This document shows, one piece after another, positions 8,201 to 15,634 of a DNA stretch of 26,732 nt (position 1 is the first letter of the stretch; the number at the start of each line of letters is the position of its first letter). Below the pieces are notes generated by a model that made no database searches, was not told where the DNA came from, and saw only the letters and a program-made list of their open reading frames with translations. Source of the stretch: an uncultured Pirellulales bacterium (GTDB lineage: Bacteria; Planctomycetota; Phycisphaerae; Sedimentisphaerales; Anaerobacaceae); assembly GCA_964622085.1 (NCBI GenBank), contig CAZUPG010000001.1, positions 6,478-33,209 of the forward strand, written 5' to 3'. The position numbers were made by a program, and so were the translations under genes.

Positions 8201-11200
8201 CGGCAGTCCACGTTCAGGGTATTTTTCAATTGCTTTAAGGATTTCTTCATAAATGCTATCCGGACAGTTCGCAATCACCTGCCAGGCCTGAACCAGGCTT
8301 GTAACTGTATATAAATCAGGATGACAGGTAGCTATAAAGGCCCAAGCCAACCTTCGGTTATGCTTGATCGTCTTATGATACATGCTCTGAGGATTTATTC
8401 GATAAAGGAAAAGTTTTTCCTCTATCCGTTTAACAACAGGATTGTGCTTTGAACAACCAATCCAGAAATTCCAGTCTTCCGGCTGAACGATAACGCTTAA
8501 CAGGTTATCATACCCACCAACTTTGCGCCAAAGCTCCTTCCTGTAAAGGGACGCGTAAGGCATGGTGTTCTCAAGCATAACTCTTGACCTTGAGTACTTA
8601 GCAGGTACCCATTCACCATTTGAAGTCCCGAATTCCTGCAGGCTAGCAAAGACGATATCCACCTTTTGTTCCTGCTGGATAATATCCACCGCCTTTTGCA
8701 TAAACGTCGGTTCAAACATATCGTCACTATCCAGCGGTAAAATCCACTCATTCACGGCAGCCAATATTGCCGTATTTCTCGTATCTGCCAATCCAGTATT
8801 TTGTGGTTTGTCGATAAGCCGAATCTTATGATTTGGATACTTTTCTATTAACTGCCTTGTAACCTCAACAGTATTGTCGGTGCTGCAGTCATTGACAATA
8901 ACACATTCCCAATTTTTATACGTTTGATTTATAATAGACTCAACCGCCTCAGGAAGATAACGTGCCTGATTGTAGCACGGGACAATTACTGATATTCCGA
9001 CTGCATTGTCACCAGCTTTTTTGAAATAGAAGTCTACTTCCTGATGAACCGCATTGCTCACAAAGCTGGTATACTTGCTTATGTCAATAATCATTCCCTG
9101 CTGATAAGTTTGCGCCAATCTTTCAGGGCTGTAGTCCTCATTTATGCCTGACCTATTTTGCTCATATACGTTCTGAACCTTATTAGCCGGGTTGCAGAAA
9201 GTTACACTCGTACGGCAGCAAAGCAGCATTGGCCGGCTGTTCTCGAACTGCCTGTTTGAAGCCATTTGTGATTCCAGCTCATTCGGATTTGAAAAATCTC
9301 GTTCGGACAGAAAATCTAACATTTCCTTCGAGCGATAAACCGAGCTTGAGACCTCCAGCGGATAGCCGAAATCCCGCTCGGCCGCAGTCCAGTCGTATTT
9401 CACTATAGAATCTGTGAGTTTTTCGAACGGAGGAAGTTTCTGCAGGGAATTTAACATATAACAATAAGTTGTATTTTCACCCAGCCGAAGCGAAAAACCA
9501 ATCGCATCGGCCTCTCTATCCAAAGCATCAGTTACATCTCCGATGTAAAAGTCGCGGGTATAGATGTCGTCATCCACCATAAACAGAATGTATTTAAACG
9601 CTTCTATGACCTGCAGTGTCTGCTGTCTAAAATCTCGCTCTTCAATAAAGGTAATATCCTCGAAGCATTTTTTTAAATCATCATATTGACCTTTATGTAA
9701 TGGGGTAGTGGCTTTGTAAAGTATTGTCAGATGGACATTGTTGCTGTCTTTACAATGCAATAGGAACGATTCTATCGTTGCTCTAAGCTGCATTGCCCGG
9801 TCCTTACTGAAGATTAGGGCGGCAGAGTCTTTTTGGGTCTGCTCTTTTTTTTGCTTTTGGCTGCTCTGGAACCTTTCGGTGATTAAATCGATGTCATGCT
9901 CGATTATCTTTTTGTTCTCAGCGGTCGCTCTTGTGTGAAAGGATGATATTCTCTTTATAAGAGCTGATGATATTCGCTGCTTGGTGGCTTCATCCAATCT
10001 GTGCTCGATGTATGGTACTGTTTTGAAATAAAAATATAGAATATCCTTGTGACCAAGTTGATTTGCTTCCAACTTTGCAGATAAATTCCCTGACCATTGT
10101 CTGCAGTATGCAAGCATTTGGTCTAAATAGTAAAAATTTTTGCTTTTTAAGATTCTACACCACATATCAATGTCTGCTGCACAGCCGACGGCTGTATCAA
10201 AATCCCCAGCTTTGTTAATATCATCTCTTCGAAAGAGTATTGCTGCTGGCCATCCTACCGGCCTCTTTCCCAAAAGATAATTTTTGATAAATTCTTCACC
10301 ATTCTCTTTTGTGCTTTCATTAAATAGCTTGTATAGATTGTTACTATTTTTTATGTTGCTATCCTCATCAACGATAAAGCAATTACAACAAACAACTCCG
10401 ACGTCAGGATGTTCATTTAGAATCTTTACCTGTTCAGCGACACAATTATTTTCGAGTATGTCATCATCTCCTATTATTTTGATATACTCTCCCGAGGATA
10501 ACGACACAGCCTTATTCCAATTCTTTATGAACCCTATGTTCTCTTCATTTCTGACAAACGTAATACGCTCTATGTCAGAGTAGGCCTTCGAGAGTTTTAT
10601 GGTTTCGTCTGTAGAACAATCATCTAAAACCAGAATTTCTATGTTGGAGTAAGTTTGATTGAGAGCGGAATCTATCGCTATTTTGAGATAATTTACTCTA
10701 TTGAAGGTCGGGATTAGTATAGATACCTTTGGTATTTGTTTTTTAGGACTAACATTTTTACAACTATGGGCAGCACAGATTATGAAGTCTTTTTTGTCAA
10801 TATGGTTTTCAATGTTGTGAGTTTGGTAGTTTTGGTATTTAAAAAACTCAGGCGCAAGACCATTTGCGGATAACCATCGCTTAATTTTTTCCTCATCAAT
10901 ATAAAACGTCGAATGAAAACCCATGTTAATTGCTTCCGGGCTTCTCTCTTGCATATAAGGTGTTGAAAAAATAAGTGTCCCACCAGGTTTAAGTGCACGG
11001 CTAAAAACTCTAAACAATTTAGGGATGTCATCTTCGGTTAGATGTTCAACTGTCTCAAAAGAAACGATATAATCAAATAGAGATTGATACTTTAAATCCA
11101 GTAGATTTGCATGAACAAATTCAATATTCTGGATGTTTTTGTAACGAACTCTTATTTCCTTTATGACTTTTTCGTCAATATCTACGCCAATTACCCGGTT

Positions 11201-12958
11201 AGACTTTTCTGCCAGCATAACGCTGCCGTAACCTGTCCCGCACGCAAAATCTCCGACTACTTTTCCAGGCGAAATGATAGATTTAGCGTACTCATATCTG
11301 CGGCAGTGACTCTTTTGATATATATCCAATTCATCGAATTTGGTATTTCCCTTGTAAAATATATCAACACGCTCGCCATTACCGTCTAAGTTGGTTTTGC
11401 CCGGCAGGGTGACAGAATCGCCTGCCAGCCCAGAGACGCCAATAGACTCAGGGTCATTTGCCTTCGCATAAATATCTCCCCATAGCAACTCGTTATCCAG
11501 GTGCTCTATGTGATGAAACAGCATCTCTGAAGAAACCCATTCTGAGAACACAAATTCCGGTCTTTCCCCCAAGCATAAATTAAAATGCTTGTATCCGAGA
11601 GCCTGTAAATGAAGTAAACACTTCCTGGCATTTTCCAAGAATTCGATTGCGAATTCAAATGCAATATAGGGGACCGGCTGAGAAAGACCTTTTAAGACCG
11701 CAAGCTCAAAACCTTCTACATCAATCTTGCAAAATTTCGGACGTCCATAAACTTCTATCATTTCATCCAATGTCGTGACTTCCACTGGAATGACTCTATC
11801 CCAAGAATAGTCAGTAAATCTGCCGGTTTTCCATTCATCAGAAAATGTCGAAATAGTATTTGCCTTGCTGCATATCGAAAGTTGCATTTGCCCGGCCTCG
11901 CCTGCAAGACCGTTGTCCACGATAGTTACGTTCTGATTATTCTGATACTTTTCGCGCAACACTCTTACACACTCTGGTTGTGGCTCAAAACAAACCACGT
12001 GAGCACCCTTCATAAGATATACATCAGTTTTTGAGCCAACATTTGCACCCACGTCAAATACAATATCCCCCTCACCAATCCAATCATTAACGACGAGACT
12101 TTCGCTTTCGGGTTGCATACATAGTTGCGTATCCAAGTCACCCTGCTCTCGCACCGTGTTAACTTTACCTGGCTTGACCGCCTCCCTCTTGGCTGACGTT
12201 TGAATATTGCCCGGCAGGGGGACAGAATCGCCTGCCAGTGCGGCCCGAAGCTGGTTTTTCCAAGCTTCCCAAGTTGGCCTCTCTTCCTGGGCAACGGTGC
12301 TTTCCAACAACAATTCCTCCGCCACTTTTAGTTGCTCTTGTAAGCAAAAGGGTTTAGATTTCACAGCAACAACCGTCACGTTCGATAAATAAGGTTCTTT
12401 AGACCATGAACTTGACAGCGTTTGGATCTCCCCAAACCCCAATGCTCTGAGCGTGTGCTCGAACCTCTCAGGGAACCAGTGATCAATATGATAGCCCCAA
12501 TTAGCTGCCTGGTCTCCAGCCAAGTGGCGAACAACTCCCATTTTAATCTTCCATGAGGTATCAGAAACCAGCATTCTTGCGCTAGCTATCAGGTCGGGTG
12601 TCTCGATATGAAGCCTACCCCCAATTTTCAACCACTTGTTCCATTTAATCAGCATAGCAAGTGCTGTAACCCGGCTAAAGTGCTCAAAAACGTGATGAAG
12701 CCGTATCTCGTCAACTGACCCAAGAGGGAAATCCAGGCTCTTTATATCAGCGTAAACATCCGCTTTTACCCGCATCAAATTATGTTCGGATTGGGGATAA
12801 TCAATATTTATATAACCGTCAAAATGCCGCTCTCCACAACCAAGATGAAGCCGAAGCGCTATGCCCTCTTGCCACAATCCGAAATCTTTAAGCTGCTGCA
12901 ATACATCAATATCGTTATCGATGATCTTGGCACAGTTGCTTTCTATCTGAGCCATCAA
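5288..12958 (-). CDS. 2556-aa multidomain glycosyltransferase/methyltransferase: MT, FkbM-MT, MT, GT2, GT-A-like, GT2, TPR, GT4, TPR, repeat-derived linker, GT2, helical/TPR-like tail
   Basis: Approximate modules: MT1 12860-12340 ('LHLGCG..GYINID'); FkbM 12090-11460 ('FDVGANVG', 'KIDVEGFE'); MT3 11380-10760 ('GDFACGTGYG', 'FETVEH'); GT2 10735-9900 ('SILIPTFNR', 'DDCSTD', 'GDDD'); GT-A-like 9830-9020 ('IFSKDRAMQL', 'VDDD'); GT2 9000-8350 ('SVIVPCYNQ', 'LDSDD'); TPR 8260-7990; GT4 7965-6940 ('ETFPMVILE', E-x7-E); TPR 6920-6520; GT2 6270-5620 ('SIIMPVYNG', 'LDADD'). Start is TTG at 12958 or ATG at 12955. Confidence 0.9.
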   Translation of the reverse strand: MMAQIESNCAKIIDNDIDVLQQLKDFGLWQEGIALRLHLGCGERHFDGYINIDYPQSEHNLMRVKADVYADIKSLDFPLGSVDEIRLHHVFEHFSRVTALAMLIKWNKWLKIGGRLHIETPDLIASARMLVSDTSWKIKMGVVRHLAGDQAANWGYHIDHWFPERFEHTLRALGFGEIQTLSSSWSKEPYLSNVTVVAVKSKPFCLQEQLKVAEELLLESTVAQEERPTWEAWKNQLRAALAGDSVPLPGNIQTSAKREAVKPGKVNTVREQGDLDTQLCMQPESESLVVNDWIGEGDIVFDVGANVGSKTDVYLMKGAHVVCFEPQPECVRVLREKYQNNQNVTIVDNGLAGEAGQMQLSICSKANTISTFSDEWKTGRFTDYSWDRVIPVEVTTLDEMIEVYGRPKFCKIDVEGFELAVLKGLSQPVPYIAFEFAIEFLENARKCLLHLQALGYKHFNLCLGERPEFVFSEWVSSEMLFHHIEHLDNELLWGDIYAKANDPESIGVSGLAGDSVTLPGKTNLDGNGERVDIFYKGNTKFDELDIYQKSHCRRYEYAKSIISPGKVVGDFACGTGYGSVMLAEKSNRVIGVDIDEKVIKEIRVRYKNIQNIEFVHANLLDLKYQSLFDYIVSFETVEHLTEDDIPKLFRVFSRALKPGGTLIFSTPYMQERSPEAINMGFHSTFYIDEEKIKRWLSANGLAPEFFKYQNYQTHNIENHIDKKDFIICAAHSCKNVSPKKQIPKVSILIPTFNRVNYLKIAIDSALNQTYSNIEILVLDDCSTDETIKLSKAYSDIERITFVRNEENIGFIKNWNKAVSLSSGEYIKIIGDDDILENNCVAEQVKILNEHPDVGVVCCNCFIVDEDSNIKNSNNLYKLFNESTKENGEEFIKNYLLGKRPVGWPAAILFRRDDINKAGDFDTAVGCAADIDMWCRILKSKNFYYLDQMLAYCRQWSGNLSAKLEANQLGHKDILYFYFKTVPYIEHRLDEATKQRISSALIKRISSFHTRATAENKKIIEHDIDLITERFQSSQKQKKEQTQKDSAALIFSKDRAMQLRATIESFLLHCKDSNNVHLTILYKATTPLHKGQYDDLKKCFEDITFIEERDFRQQTLQVIEAFKYILFMVDDDIYTRDFYIGDVTDALDREADAIGFSLRLGENTTYCYMLNSLQKLPPFEKLTDSIVKYDWTAAERDFGYPLEVSSSVYRSKEMLDFLSERDFSNPNELESQMASNRQFENSRPMLLCCRTSVTFCNPANKVQNVYEQNRSGINEDYSPERLAQTYQQGMIIDISKYTSFVSNAVHQEVDFYFKKAGDNAVGISVIVPCYNQARYLPEAVESIINQTYKNWECVIVNDCSTDNTVEVTRQLIEKYPNHKIRLIDKPQNTGLADTRNTAILAAVNEWILPLDSDDMFEPTFMQKAVDIIQQEQKVDIVFASLQEFGTSNGEWVPAKYSRSRVMLENTMPYASLYRKELWRKVGGYDNLLSVIVQPEDWNFWIGCSKHNPVVKRIEEKLFLYRINPQSMYHKTIKHNRRLAWAFIATCHPDLYTVTSLVQAWQVIANCPDSIYEEILKAIEKYPERGLPYFWRGLIRRRRGQVSEAFEDYKAAVEKAKKDDWQGLFALMMLQKSEGDLVGARSSLEKLLSIRPDFDRVPDMLPPRVGQQKILFYYDRIGNISETSPAGTVMAVLNVARMLRDSHGIEAHITGNLVTHPEQYESLHFVPLPQISEREQFLANYDVVFFATHIRHFKGLTKPQGQIWILWQHCWQADDLVSLSHMSDFDIVVCLSELHRASLHNHGIGNEKFLIIPNPIDTDVYSPKDVERDNHSIMYAGALHPHKCVHILMDAFRLVRRQISDAELHIYGDGSMWRGGDAYGDNLKSTKPEGTYFHGYVNNKDMPEIYSKHSLLVLPSKLETFPMVILESQACGCIPAAHDAGGTAATLADGRTGLLYLPNTPEKLAETIIAGLKMVDADPSIRHRAVDFVRENFSTDKAPEYISKLWDRINIAREVNTIEKLLENNDTGQADLECEQLLQKYPNHPDVLLLQANVLKANAQIEELLEKFPNHVKALNDYGLMAMEAGDTKNAFRYFTKAYKFNPWDRNTITNCYAILKASGKYRQAKTLLLNYLANVGEDAQVLQMLGEIDALVARASSPCKHGQDGRATAAGSAVNPVSQQSQKPALSAVEGSDVGNQMSEATSSLVSRPSSLIHHHPLSSVLSLHQDSTSGPPVSIIMPVYNGAEYIGEAIKSVLIQDYPEFELIIIDDGSTDNTSKVISCYDDGRIGYFYQENGGMSNALNHAVRRAKGQYIMPLDADDVMTQGFIAKHLAEFEKHPEADLVYCDVLLIDADGEPIKVMDKPEYQDRRHLIRDLFRHGHPIVPFRLGIRRSVYDKIGLYDEKLIVGMDYDMMRRFVKAGLKEHHLRQALHLRRMHPESLSRTINPDKVRSHFEVLKRFTDTFSCDELFPDVAWDKIPPDMRQLHAKCLIALTYLAIGQEHIKSNLSPVYAKMAFEQACSELNDCLEIDPNNQRVRQLLQKCELGRQKYDEKILQAV
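6294..6420. repeat. Two oppositely oriented 7-mer tandem arrays, in frame within the mega-ORF
   Basis: Purine-rich array GAGAGGA CAGAAGA CAGAGGA ... GGGACGA AGGACGA GAGACGA GAGACGA (6294-6355), then pyrimidine-rich TTCTGAC ATCTGAT TTCCGAC ATCTGAC ... TTCTGAC (6362-6420). A 10-bp direct repeat GGCTTCTGAC occurs at 6359-6368 and 6411-6420. Confidence 0.75.
6390..6414. repeat. 24/25-bp REP-like element (family B), encoding 'PALSAVEG' on the - strand
   Basis: CCTTCGACTGCGCTCAGGGCAGGCT, flanked by TCTGAC on both sides. It matches the nested insert at 21091-21114 at 18/24 positions. Confidence 0.7.
6459..6508. repeat. GTAG-type REP doublet (REPIN-like, family A), in frame within the mega-ORF
   Basis: GTAG-CACGGCCA-TCC-TGGCCGTG on the + strand and GTAG-CACGGGCT-TCC-AGCCCGTG on the - strand: two inverted GTAG-tagged hairpins. 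Translates as VARASSPCKHGQDGRAT. Confidence 0.85.
11397..11428. repeat. 32-bp direct repeat, copy downstream of the FkbM module
   Basis: TTGCCCGGCAGGGTGACAGAATCGCCTGCCAG; 31/32 identical to 12207-12238. Confidence 0.95.
12207..12238. repeat. 32-bp direct repeat, copy upstream of the FkbM module
   Basis: TTGCCCGGCAGGGGGACAGAATCGCCTGCCAG; exactly 810 bp from the other copy. Confidence 0.95.
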
Positions 12959-12991
12959 TAGTTTTCCCCTTGTTAAAACTCGTCTCTTTAA

Positions 12992-13324
12992 TCAAATACT
13001 ACTGCGGTAAGTCTCTATAGTCCTTCTGCCTTTGCGAACCCGGTTTAGCTTTTCGCTGGTTTCGGTTTTCGCAGCGGTGATGGCCAGACATAGACTATCG
13101 TATAATTTCGCTAGACGCTCACGTTGCCCCGCATTAAATGCGGGGTCGGCCAGTTCAAGAATCCCTGTCTGTGCGATTTTTTCCACAAGAAAACCGACCT
13201 GCTCGCCCAAAATCTCAACATCGTTAATGTTACCCTGCCGAGCCATCTCTATCTGCTTTTCTAACAGATAACGCAAGTCCCTTAATTCGGATAAAAATTG
13301 TGATGTCTGTTTATCTGCCCTCAT
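12992..13324 (-). CDS. Small helical protein, putative FliT/FlgN-like flagellar export chaperone
   Basis: 110 aa, predicted helical ('LRYLLEKQIEMARQG...LVEKI...LAKLYDSL'), ending 'RKGRRTIETY' like FlgN/FliT-type chaperones. ATGA overlap with the upstream TPR gene. The family call is by resemblance and context only. Confidence 0.5.
   Translation of the reverse strand: MRADKQTSQFLSELRDLRYLLEKQIEMARQGNINDVEILGEQVGFLVEKIAQTGILELADPAFNAGQRERLAKLYDSLCLAITAAKTETSEKLNRVRKGRRTIETYRSSI
13127..13145. repeat. Palindrome CCCCGCAT-TAA-ATGCGGGG (family D), in frame in the 110-aa gene
   Basis: 8-bp perfect stem of the same design as CCCCGCGT-AAA-ACGCGGGG at 22612-22630. Encodes DPAFNAG. Confidence 0.65.
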
Positions 13325-13959
13325 CTAATCTGAATTCCTGTCTGTTTTTTTTGAGCCAAACTATGCTCAACTTCCTCCAGAAGATTAGCTGCATCTTTAT
13401 GGCTGGCGTCCAAAGTTAAAACGTCCAGGAGCATTTTTTTGGACTGCTCAAACCTGCCATCCTTCATATATAGTGCTGCCAGAGAGAACATGACGGAGGC
13501 GTCACCTGGGTGCATGTCCAGATATACCTCAAGATAGTGGGTGACTTTCTCAAATGAACCCATCTTGCAGGAAGCCTGGAACAGGCCCAAAAGAGCTATC
13601 AGGTTGTCGGTGTCCAGCTCCAGGCATTTTAGATATTTCTCAAAGGCCTGCTTGTAATCGGCTCTTTGCTGTGCGACCATAGCCAGACCGGCATAAGCCT
13701 TGGCACAATCAGGGTCGAGCCGACAAGCTACCCTAAAAGCCGTATCAGCATCGTCTAAGAGATCCTTTTGCAGGGCAACTACTCCAAGGCCAACGTAAGG
13801 ACCTGGCTCGTCGGGCCCCAGTGACGCTGCTTTTTCATAGCACTGTTGTGCCTGTGCGTAGCTGCCAACAGAGGTATAACAATCACCGAGCTCTTGCAAA
13901 ACTTCATAATGCTGGGTCGGCTCATGCTGTTCAGTGATATTATTTTGTGTTATGCCCAT
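13321..13959 (-). CDS. Stand-alone tetratricopeptide-repeat protein
   Basis: Consecutive TPR-like units ('LGDCYTSVGSYAQAQQCYEKAASLGP', 'AYAGLAMVAQQRADYKQAFEKYLKCLELD'). The ATG at 13959, preceded by GAAGGG, is a better start than the ORF-track start at 14034. Confidence 0.85.
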   Translation of the reverse strand: MGITQNNITEQHEPTQHYEVLQELGDCYTSVGSYAQAQQCYEKAASLGPDEPGPYVGLGVVALQKDLLDDADTAFRVACRLDPDCAKAYAGLAMVAQQRADYKQAFEKYLKCLELDTDNLIALLGLFQASCKMGSFEKVTHYLEVYLDMHPGDASVMFSLAALYMKDGRFEQSKKMLLDVLTLDASHKDAANLLEEVEHSLAQKKQTGIQIR

Positions 13960-15616
13960 AGCAATTTTTCCCTTCAAGTATTTGTTCTGCTTTTTCGAGT
14001 AGTTCAATCGCGGGGTTAAAATTCTTTTTTTCACGTTTGACCTTTGCCTCTAACAAAAGCGTCTCTACCGTAGGACGCCGCCGGTTAACTTCGCAGCTGA
14101 TTTCAAGTGCCCTGGTATGATTACCGGCTTTGAAAAAGGCCTTTGCGGCCAATGTCTCCATCCATATTTCGTTTTGGTAATGGTCGGCGATATATTCAAA
14201 TATCTGCGATGCTTCCACCCAGCTTCCATCTTTTCCCGCTGACTGGGCCTGCTGAAGTAATTTATCAAACTGAAACGGGATTTCCTCAGGACGCAGGCGC
14301 CTTATTACAATACCGGCGGCCTTTAGAGACTCGCGAACTGGCAAATTTGGAAAGCTCGCACGAGCATACTGTAAGTCATCTTTTCTGACCACCGCTGCCC
14401 AGAGCTTATCTGTTGAGCCTTCCAGTTCAAATCCCTCGCGGTTAACTGAGGGGTCCCCAGACATTCCTTTTTGCGTTTGTGGGTCCTCTGAACTGTTAAT
14501 CAGAGCATAAAGTGAATCCTCCACCCAAAATTCCCTTATAGGAAATCCGCTTGGTACTAAAATAATATATTCGCCGTCACATCTGGCCAAGGCTGCGTCT
14601 ATGCGCTGGGCCTCAGATACCTGTGGGGCAACCGGCACGTAGATTATGTTGGGCATATCTGTGTTTAGCCTGTTGAAATCAGCTTGCGGCAGCGGCAGAT
14701 AAACCTCGTAGGGATAGAAGGTATGCCGCCAAATAGAACCGAGCGTTTTTCCCGCTTGTTTGTTCAGTCGGTCCGTAGCAAAAATGATAGACATATCCTT
14801 AATCTTTGGCCAGGGCTTGGGTGGCCTTGTGGTTCGTATCGCCAGGACATTCCTGGTGTACTCACTCTTATCTTTGCGCCGCTGCACCGAGATCCTGTCG
14901 GATTCACCAACAGGGCTGTAGAATTCGCCCGTGATTTCGTGGACGTGGTAAAAATCTGAGAAAAAAGCCAACCGCCGGGTTAAGTCCCAGTCAATTAGAA
15001 TGTTAAGGTCCTCATTATAAGGCCCGACCTTTTCAAGTAAATCCCTGCTGTGCATCAGGCTTACATGCAGCGAATGATTGAAGTAGAGCATAAGAAAACG
15101 GTCGAAGTCTCTGCTGACTTCAACAACTTTGCTCAAAATTTGTCGGCTGCCATCCGGCATAATTTTACAATATGCTTTGTACAAGTCACTGTATGCAACC
15201 TGGCAGTCGGTTTCATTTTCGAGGGCATTGACTAATGTTTCAATATGACTGGGATAATACAAATCATCGTCGTCAAGGTAGGCGATATATTTGCCTTCAA
15301 CTCTGCTTATAGCTTGGTTGAGAGAAAAGGCCTTGCCGCGGCTTGCTTTTCTGTTAATAAATGTAAGCCGCGGGTCGTTAAATGAATTAACTACATCGCT
15401 TACGTCCTCACCGCCGTCATTGACTACAATAACCTCCAGATTTCTGTAACTCTGGCGTAAAACACTGTTCAGGGCCTCATATAAATATCGGGGCCGGTTG
15501 AAAGTCGGAATAAGGACACTGACAACTGGCTTGGCCTTTATCTGCGTCCCCAAACACATTTCATTGCATTTGGGGTTCTCCTTATAGTTTTCTGTCATTC
15601 CAAAACTACCTAACAT
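13940..15616 (-). CDS. GT2-family glycosyltransferase with a degenerate second GT-like region and C-terminal TPR-like helices
   Basis: 'VSVLIPTFNRPRYL', 'VNDGG', 'YLDDDD'. The true start may be the ATG at 15598. Confidence 0.88.
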   Translation of the reverse strand: MLGSFGMTENYKENPKCNEMCLGTQIKAKPVVSVLIPTFNRPRYLYEALNSVLRQSYRNLEVIVVNDGGEDVSDVVNSFNDPRLTFINRKASRGKAFSLNQAISRVEGKYIAYLDDDDLYYPSHIETLVNALENETDCQVAYSDLYKAYCKIMPDGSRQILSKVVEVSRDFDRFLMLYFNHSLHVSLMHSRDLLEKVGPYNEDLNILIDWDLTRRLAFFSDFYHVHEITGEFYSPVGESDRISVQRRKDKSEYTRNVLAIRTTRPPKPWPKIKDMSIIFATDRLNKQAGKTLGSIWRHTFYPYEVYLPLPQADFNRLNTDMPNIIYVPVAPQVSEAQRIDAALARCDGEYIILVPSGFPIREFWVEDSLYALINSSEDPQTQKGMSGDPSVNREGFELEGSTDKLWAAVVRKDDLQYARASFPNLPVRESLKAAGIVIRRLRPEEIPFQFDKLLQQAQSAGKDGSWVEASQIFEYIADHYQNEIWMETLAAKAFFKAGNHTRALEISCEVNRRRPTVETLLLEAKVKREKKNFNPAIELLEKAEQILEGKNCYGHNTK

Positions 15617-15634
15617 TCTTTTATTAGCTAAAAA

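Noticed and set aside
8972-8981. GTAGCACGGG resembling the start of a family A REP
   Set aside because: No second palindromic arm follows, and it encodes the conserved GT2 motif VPCY, so it is a coincidence.
9845-9852. T8 tracts (A8 on the coding strand) at 9845-9852, 13345-13352, 21345-21352 and 23884-23891 as phase-variation switches
   Set aside because: They are short A/T runs encoding Lys-rich stretches, occur equally in core flagellar genes, and all ORFs are in frame. No long G/C tracts were seen.
11397-12238. 32-bp repeats as integron attC sites or IS target-site duplications
   Set aside because: No RYYYAAC/GTTRRRY ends, no terminal inverted repeats and no integrase or transposase between or near them. 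Kept only as a generic recombination-scar finding.
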